Origin: an uncultured delta proteobacterium
Lineage (GTDB): Bacteria; Myxococcota_A; Polyangia; Polyangiales; JAFGIB01
Direction: 5' to 3'
DNA: 64,000 bases
NCBI GenBank assembly: GCA_963778655.1
Contig: CAVZVA010000002.1
Span: 288,001 to 352,000 of the forward strand
The notes beneath the pieces are model-generated. The model saw only the letters and a program-made list of their open reading frames with translations. It did no database searches and was not told the origin of the DNA. Positions 62,001 to 64,000 of this stretch are shown one piece after another (position 1 is the first letter of the stretch; each line of letters starts with the position of its first letter). The translations under genes and the position numbers were made by a program.

Positions 62001-64000
62001 AGCTGGTGAGCTTGGAGGCGTCGAAGAGCTGCACCGACCCGATCGCGCCTGAAATCGGCGGCGGGCCGTCGTAGATCGCGACCGCCTCGTAGGCTCCCCC
62101 CGACGTCGCGGCGTTGACGCGCACAGTGCCGTCCGCGCTCGGCGTGAACTTGTAGACGTGATCGGCATAGCCGGGCGGCTCGGGGCCCGGGTAGAACCAG
62201 GCATTGCCGTTCGCGAACTTCGAGGCGTCGGCGACGATCGCGCTCGTGCTGCTGACCGCCGTGACCACCAGGGTGGTGCTGCCATTGTTCGACACCAGGT
62301 CGCCGACCGCAGGCGTGTACCCCGACATCGAGGCGAAGGTCAGGGTGTTGGTGCTGATGGCCGAGATGGTGGTGGAATGCCCGTTGCACGAGACCACCCC
62401 GCGTCCGTAGTCGTTGGTGGTGTTGACGTTGCCGAGGTCGGCGTTGACGACCTTGGTGTCGACCTGACCGAACACGTCGCCCAGGTTCAGCGCGCTGCTC
62501 GCGGTATTGTGTGTGTTGCTGTCAATCGTGTTCCCGTCCCCGTTCGGGTCGGCGGCGTCGACAGTGGTCACGCTTCCAGGCGCCGATGAGTACAGGAACA
62601 CCATTGGGTCGAAGCCCAGGCCGGGCAGCCCGTCCCCGCTGTAGTCGTTGCGCGTCCAGTCCGACACGCTGTCGGTGTCCTTGCCGCTGGGAATGCGCGA
62701 GGCCCCTCCCACCGTGCTGCTACCGCCGCTCAGCGTGCTGGGGAGCACGGTCGCGCCGCCGTACACGATGTCGCCGGCCCCGCCGTCACTGACCGCGACC
62801 GCGTCGGCCACCTTGCTCCACAGCAACGGCAGGTCGATCACGCCGTCGTCGTCGGCGTCGATGTCGCTGCTGGCGGTGCCGGTGTAGTCCTTGACCAGCA
62901 GCAGGGTATCGGTCCCGTTCTCCAGCTGGTCGCTGTAGAACGGCGAGACCCATAGCCCGGAGCCGTTGGTGGTGCCCACCACGATCGCCTTGTTGACGTT
63001 GCCCGGGTTGGAGCCGAGGTCGCCCTCGATCTGCAGGATCTTGTAAGCCGCGTAGTTGGTGTTCGGCTGGCCGTAGACCTCGACGAACTCGTGGGTGTCC
63101 GCGCCGGCGTGATCCACCACGAACTCGTTGATGATCGGCTCGCTGCCCGGCGACGCCGGAGGCGCGTTGCTGCTGACCGCCTCGTTGGCCGAGCCCGGCG
63201 TGTTGTAGGCCTGACCCGCCGCGGCGGCGAAGCTGCGCGGAGCCGCGCTCACATTGAGGTGCGTGGGCTCCGTCAGCCTGAAGCTGTAGAAGGCGTCGTT
63301 CGAGCCCGTCGTGGAGACACCGCCGCACATCGGCGCGACCGCGTCCGCAAGCGAGCTCGTGCCGCTGCTGTCGGAGCGCTCCGCGTATGCGGTATCGGTG
63401 ACGCTGTCGCCCGAGCTGCTGCCGACACGGTGATTGGTCGCGGCGCTGTCGTTGCCCGAGATTCCATTCTCCACGAAGGATTGCGGCGGGGGCCCGTCGT
63501 GCAGCGAGATCACGGTGTGGAAGTTGCTGCCCTCGGTGTCGATGCGGACGCGGCGGGCCGTGCCCACCGTGAACTTGTACACCGCGTCCGGGCCGGCCGA
63601 GTTGACGCCGCACGCGACGACCGTCGAGTCGTAATCGTCCTTGCCGGTCTTGCCCGACGGCACGTCGTAGTCGCTGCCGCTGCCGCTGTCCTGCAGCGCG
63701 ACCATGTCGCCGATATAGGTGACGTAGTCGCCGTCGATCTTCATGTCCGCGCCGTCGACCCGCCGCGCGGTGCTGAAGGTGTCGTTGTTGTTGCCCGCCG
63801 CTCCCACCAGCGCCACCTGATTGGCGCCGCTGGGGTTGGCCGGCAGGCTCGAGGGCAGGCCCTGATGCAGCGAGATCACGCTGTTGAAGGGGCTCGAGGT
63901 GGTGCCGGTCTGCGAGGAGTCGATGACCACCTTGGCGTCGACGGTGGGACGGAAGGTATAGATGACCTCGTTGGTCTTGCCGTCGGCGCCGCAGCCGCTG
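44008..64000 (-). CDS. Giant (>6,660 aa, 5'-partial) extracellular multidomain adhesin-like protein with split PPC-like repeats
   Basis: The frame is open from the window edge (SGCGADGKTNEVIYTFRP...) to TGA at 44008. It contains PDAxYxF and TYYVVVKG repeats, an LTD-like domain (~62617-63210), two C-type lectin domains (~61567-61986, ~57790-58170), Myxococcus Cys-rich CGNG..CDDGN repeats (~59257-59835), a LamG-like domain (~54410-55150), a Gly-rich region, DUF2341+LamG (~51525-52497) and a VWA-like C-terminal half (~45103-45380). Confidence 0.95.
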   Translation of the reverse strand, partial: SGCGADGKTNEVIYTFRPTVDAKVVIDSSQTGTTSSPFNSVISLHQGLPSSLPANPSGANQVALVGAAGNNNDTFSTARRVDGADMKIDGDYVTYIGDMVALQDSGSGSDYDVPSGKTGKDDYDSTVVACGVNSAGPDAVYKFTVGTARRVRIDTEGSNFHTVISLHDGPPPQSFVENGISGNDSAATNHRVGSSSGDSVTDTAYAERSDSSGTSSLADAVAPMCGGVSTTGSNDAFYSFRLTEPTHLNVSAAPRSFAAAAGQAYNTPGSANEAVSSNAPPASPGSEPIINEFVVDHAGADTHEFVEVYGQPNTNYAAYKILQIEGDLGSNPGNVNKAIVVGTTNGSGLWVSPFYSDQLENGTDTLLLVKDYTGTASSDIDADDDGVIDLPLLWSKVADAVAVSDGGAGDIVYGGATVLPSTLSGGSSTVGGASRIPSGKDTDSVSDWTRNDYSGDGLPGLGFDPMVFLYSSAPGSVTTVDAADPNGDGNTIDSNTHNTASSALNLGDVFGQVDTKVVNADLGNVNTTNDYGRGVVSCNGHSTTISAISTNTLTFASMSGYTPAVGDLVSNNGSTTLVVTAVSSTSAIVADASKFANGNAWFYPGPEPPGYADHVYKFTPSADGTVRVNAATSGGAYEAVAIYDGPPPISGAIGSVQLFDASKLTSSPDSSCTAYSFDADKTDSNPAHLYWFCANNRNWATAEANCNNQGGHLVRLDNAAENAFVGSHRTTTPAWTGAHDTGTNVWSWADNGDQFWSGGSGGSAVGGLFSSWRSGQPASSSYCVAYKTSNGGSINTWDSTRCSDSDQYACEMTAPSPAPPESLASAYAVGSEVGLNGNMVGKVLAYNGSTRRMDNDIDGLLMSSCGATQNASDAVFKITPSASIQATIDTSGSSFPAIVGLFHSTIDASGYVGCDAPGVAPNTDVTVGTNPASTLPLGGSTGVTLVGGETYYAVIKGTVSGPDGAYQIKFTDLGAGGDGVELACSKESALGPAAAETDFSANHTYYVIVESASTAGAGYAMTAHSLYRKRVQVENPLNQNEHGGTAFSLADPYRSKIQVVNTSTAGMAANYQTSGDPTTPMGLLTCGNASDTPDAVYKFTPSIDTNVRITAATPGDNAIVALFKGQPGSFPSVTDLDATGNTNENTSTAYQVNLAGPAQTLLGDTSLMTNDIDGSLLSCGASPSGRDATFKFSLSKTTQVQIDASASTQSGMMGDPVIALFHDGALEKPAPVTLENDTYTAANTNPSPTPAVNGTWLSYDADMSHLTPSTQAQVGVAATNTNEEVNPTTLQGAQDLGDIWNTKVTVGGATTSAMTANYAATGWCGGDDGAPDAIYSFYSSQGGPVHISTANPAPGFNTVIALYDGSTGAPLRKIDSATTTVDLNGASACGNGVIDWQEECDDGNTMAGDGCDATCHREAGVWRCPAAWYGTNDGCDCGCGAPDPDCGGDASSSACAHCDPPSLGGCNPSGSCPGVISAADNTACNAPVCGNGVVEPGEQCDDGNTTPGDGCDASCMWQAGSWTCDMALYGTGNGCDCGCGIHDPDCGAATDAASCQSCNAPGSCSTGACPGSVNATDNATCSSFGGGGNRNDTLAEAQDVKLSSGGVRRFLGNSSGLTQNVDASQIQCGAQAFAPDAIYHFSLRNTTKVKIDASASGNPPVLALFRSETLDNTVLAPIPLAPDNPSEADANPSPTPIIDNNWVRYSGDIANLTASNQPQSQINNQDNANNDTQTELYDPYNRRVTVVNADSSAASMQATFPAPSCGGADSSHDALYRFVPSQSGQVRISTNYPQTGFDSVVALYDGSKGAPPLTQAQSAVVTTAVGQSNESQPSALSVPLERGGTFVQTGNTTGMNSDINYTYFQQGGAQCGAAPASADAVWSFSLSKPTDVELSADGSGYGTVLGLFDSPFVRPSLTSQSSLADAITQIYDQDKLPGEPEAGCTAYDFNLHRYWLCTHKRPWDDARAKCQLAGGDLVVIDNQLENDTLYSQIAPTAEPYLIGLHAHVPYSSWGSPPSGDWVDGSSASFRNWASGEPNQPSDSPAARMRYQDGFWVDTPESWQSYRYICEQGSQPALPSVPTATSPQVVDVLGRSRHFVGSTAGTPSSVANLIGCGAQASAPDAAFKLTVPYITTVTLDFSNSFAGSVVGLFNGSIGAAGYVSCASVGDAAPQLQLTNLAPGTYYVVLTGTSSGLSGSYDLLFSGTTTDPAAFTMENDRLVDAVNNPIGDITNRWVVKKADMAHLGTDLITARTVDMVGVDTNSSHVSPNQVKDLGNTAGQQVSVVNASLSGLTHDYPAPTCGGDDDTADAIYKFTPTSSTTVRIGVQPSGFNPVLALYRGPDYPLLQSETPAAPVALPNTNDAPTTSGPTAAQDLGTIGDPVIYTGNLTGLNNDVPTVDAAGRTWDRSDLNGGDASNQCNAAPTGKDAFFSFTITPAEAPKTVVLESSNTAFAHTLAVWPSTAVIQAPMATTAENDTRAGASNLPVDNQWYVLQGNTSNLMPGGDAKVVKTAGTDFFNLDTTQDLGTLAADTQIVTSGADSTTATATYDTATLTCGAAPSAHDMIFKFHTGASGGATRLAVSNPSPAFPPVLALFDGTGGKVPQTAAASNPVPTPVTGNDSRTNAFTVPALGTAGVAYSGDTSTLSDSQGASLYNQAPMYGSATCNAGASSKDAFFYLDLLADAHVRIQTQSSTVNPHTIAIYNADVPLTLPAAVAAQYNTQALADAATPAATIDGNWLHYVADMSPAGGMGIGELSAERFFTAGTDFQNAASVQDLNAVAGTISGQQFRTKAAGSYAGGADTTYSGATYLAPSCGVGNSTANDMIWKVRPTTNTKLRIGVDNPAVSWSPMLAVYDGAPLTSAESSTTPIDLNTSSNPNETFSSSGTPTVVVGPRTRISGDEGSMSSDYASTQFQAFQLNAAPKCSPGEPGADAFVKLKVRTVPDGVTPYEQIWLDAADAGAFALATGAVSNWADEGPNAHNATQSTAANEPSRMLASGTYTVELNPGGDIDPANNATEDYLDYAFASGQDSPVSVFAVWRLLSTNFLAGSAVVTTDVGGAGFGLSMSADGSTNTAVLNYADSSGTGVAMTGALSGATGPMLSEVTHDSSGAIATYLNGNLVASGSGRAGGTQYRHIRVGTDQSHSLGLPMDLYELIVVGRAVTPSERQTIEGYLAAKWGLQSSLPGGHPYQSAAPTRSVEVSSANTSFAHTVSLFSAVPMTEPAPTAGPAFDTSDSAQSSGNPMGVVNGSWLVRSASGAGMHISELNQVSGTAAGDGSTQGLGSLVGNEIGVSGGSATTSGYQGDYPATCGSLDDAPDAIYQITPATTTTAHIALRNPGFVGNVALFEAPASAPTATPATRGQLGLYAAPTQLNVAPSAAPNESVATAQTVASLYPITPTGGSYTGYAVGYTGDPITSNVAGNAFDLASAPGTCSPATTNGEDAFFKLTVPNDGVQHEIEINGEGSGGYHTLALFDHNPGAPDKPAVTLGSFASNVDTTALSFSGAPSWTCSGGSTTITSGTDGNGTGAAISSTTCTGGSPTPVIMSQSSGGPKVMVIKLQGLSVSGGHVMTLKGALPVVFLVGGSPGTVSLGGGAGTTIISADSQGNGSSVRGAGGSYSSCGASEGNAGANDGAADKGAGGGGGGAFRTQGRAGGDGDNTAVGLGGASSTADTSSAAASLQPLRGGCKGGDGATTGSTGGAGGGAFQISAVNGVTLNSGIVLTAAGGAGQHGSSEEDGGGGGGSGGAVLLEGMTITENVAFTAVSYTNGGGGGAGNQTDGSGATSGQDGQRSSTQANGGTGVNGGGAGGKGGATGGAASSGGAGGSYTSGSYQKQITINGSQVPSALTNFPVMVKITNDNDLKTHALANGSDIYFVASDQVTQLDYERESYDSSTGTLVAWVRIPSLASGTDTVIYLRYGDGGADRSNKHGVWDSSYYGVWHMTDGGDSTSNSHNGTLHNTSNGTGQIGGDQVFSSGDFVQTSNYGSSESTFSLWLNLNTGSPSDNGPMEPIDAAPSGYLQPPGAEMAVGASGALGIYINGGFTYGSPRIYVPNGSWAHVVERVHAASSGGYVEFSVNGSAFTRIYSGNTSSESTSGSLLFGKWAGGCGSYGYPICFAGSMDEIHVSTSLRSDAWGQAEYNNQKSSSTFITIGSEVPPSPKRGGGGGGGGGGQGYVVKNIISSPIYTADSSAAALTGSSPGPFSAIDNDWTLKVTDLSSMTASWATLNARSESMYSGFGESASSPINLPDPSNARITIDGNNGARVSNHNENVCGTDGGADTVYTFTPSQSGAMRVKVAGSGGTPISSPIVAVYDKFFATGYFHGCSALACVTDNDSDTSLPGQQGQTDSDAATGTTTITDLQVTAGTTYYLVVKSGGSPIVNGTYNLELTWRDPVDWPGCNEDRYGGKDVWYAFTTASTVAAGGESYTIETQNSTADTAIALYKDTNGDNTYQSSEYLTCADEVSGYASITTTPVYPNTTYYVRVKQPAGGSSTGNVILGVRDDNGVQNTEPAAIACSDGTNAAPGYAKIVATLDPGGTYYVGWKGGRGGASPQTYTGAYQVNFRDNKALPVSAAQVACATASSGGTASFDATLQGGRNYYVMVKGDGSGDSGGYSLDVADTSAVPSMSCAGKTAAPGAPDVYEAFSVSGSNKDVTLDMNGSTLDGVYELWQDNGASPDTKIGCAATTGATTFGSQLTPGNYYVKIRGTSAAGAAAEQPFQLSVRDDDVQRAADCSDGLATAGTTLTKSLTAGTYYVGLKPQSGPSASTYQLSVRDAAYSQSGGTEAACANGKTLDLNVSANHDYYVLVKGASPSEKGAYGLTVTDIGALDPTASSYDTRTDIGCGADLAAPDDYYEFTVSSVPKRVQVSLTGFSGAFQLYRDDGSFTPDDAILGCSASSQTYTLTTAGKYFLVVKGLSVAGGAAEGSPDISLRDLDAVGSIACADGTSVTPAVLQSSSLPAAALNASGQLKAGHYYVAVSDQQGSPDGVYALQLNDQDQSGAVAAPVIECTTGMAMTHTLAANTDYYAVVKGDGPPNQGTFTLSVTDVSGVQAIDAACPTDLSAPDGYAAFTLTSGPRDVRIDMSGSSLTGAFQVFDNSGAAVGSCPCSSISTAETCNLSSGTYYVVFRGNNLAGGNAQRPFKLVLQDLSALGSLACADGPISTGATLTTPPLGAGTYYAGIIPTKTNSSTDLSYRLTVKDSASVAVSGAPEIACNTSQIDASVNANESYYVVVKGKNVGDEGDYGLTIQDLSGVPSFGCGDDTTSGDAFYSFDVTAAGGSTVTIDSQGSSLQTVLALFPSTASFGTDVRNNATQVCCNPVNAGQPTGACNPVASCDGKPDDMVACDSSSGVGGSSLIGGVHLNPGTYYVVVRARAGAPDNKLPFNISVRDDGGVPSSYCAATTDVATGQARIHQVLQPGTYWVALKGSSSFSPTDGDYSLRMRDYAPFANAATQIACDTATDTIYQNVTAGNPYYVVVKGDTSGASGQGPYKLTVENMQATTGMGCNADPQSPDAFYRFSLSAPTQVTIDTDKSVLDTVIALYNVGVSYFGTNYAHDVNGNPVPCDDDSGPFAGGSPGSSRISSMLPAGDYYVEVKGKVGTGAAWGDASKPFDLSIKDQNANANIACAPASAPTITQTLPAGDYKLVVSDDGTGGPYDLSFEDLSASTSAATKVACDTANDTIDYTVAANTPYYVIVKGDGSSSAKGNYTLNVESVDGTSSNMGCGADSMSPDAFFKFNVTQQSDVTVDTTGSALDTVLALYPGNATVFGTNYAKDAFAQTIGCDDNGGGGTDSKISATLAPGTYYAVVKGATAAWGQSSLPFNLSIRDNSATQAITCADAGSGATITQTLPAGDYVAVLSDTDAIGSGGSGGPYSITFKDLVASSQESGMEIGCALSTLDGGGSGIPVTGGQDYYVVVKGNDTGDEGPYELSVDDLISNQAAAGSTPIACAAAGSSIDATYPAGDYYAVVTGAASTNGPYELQVKDVDPFLDYNRLACDKDSGPNGTSVIEADLQPGTHYVVVKGDGPGQSGTYQLNVRDVTANPDNRIACADPGASDRIEADVKAGVDYTVLLKGDARGEQGSYNLKLYDELGLQSGGGQLLSCQTICPNVPPYNSCRPLGDSCGSNGQCCSGKCTSSKCAGTDPAGSQACRSSELTTNSFTQSLAADNYYLTVKGRKANEKGFYELQVGDPAHGTSPKYVPPDWPQVHDALLQTGTKVLPVLSCAAGSNGGRCDGAATQLKVISQASGAIDATNGQGLLRYINSNGTGIGSGLSMAVRDLANYLAMDITLSVVNNPGFTITIQKCTNSADPNQAQCQSFSQGCSDTSPAPKNTVAQCAPGATPQFFVQFTNPLDPNAVPPNTADPNGGYHFKLQIVGNHQYLLDEIPVYIIPTDKMGPPPPSVGAGTYMTSGTYEQQVYGAGCNYYQIEGEGTAPDSCTDGVDNNGDGTIDADDPGCNPGSCLDTVDNDKDGKADLLDPDCTTNETQDWTDLFFKADIPPGTSIGFDVCTGDTPGDLSSCTYSHVATVTSATGACATNADCKNITVNGALTDGFCGAGGQCQFISPPKLSGFCTADAQCPNGSLNGDIVASYCKTSANQCQYTTPPADIGGNLMQGQNGKPYVKMKVTLNANSDGSASPTLYDWFLEYVCRGNL

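Noticed and set aside
44008..64000. Giant ORF as NRPS/PKS, RTX/T1SS substrate or Rhs/CdiA toxin
   Set aside because: I saw no condensation, adenylation or KS motifs, no GGxGxD nonapeptide runs, and no YD repeats or toxin-immunity arrangement.

Overview
High-GC bacterial DNA with a myxobacterial gene inventory (Myxococcota, Polyangiales/Sandaracinus-like; inferred from a Hanks-type kinase, ECF/FecR module, giant TPR protein and Myxococcus-type Cys-rich repeats). The left ~36 kb holds signalling, lipid and housekeeping genes plus three families of small intergenic repeats. The right ~28 kb is a convergent cluster of five Cys-rich surface or secreted proteins. The main finding is a >6,600-aa minus-strand protein (44008 to the window edge, 5' end missing). 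Its PPC-like beta-sandwich repeats appear split. N-terminal fragments run outward in the order (B-C-A)x7, one intact domain forms a turn at ~50.8-51.3 kb, and the complementary C-terminal fragments return in mirror order (A'-C'-B')x7, ending in what looks like the second half of a VWA domain. This suggests a nested 'Matryoshka' hairpin stalk decorated with lectin-like domains. All domain calls are by-eye motif recognition; no database searches were run.
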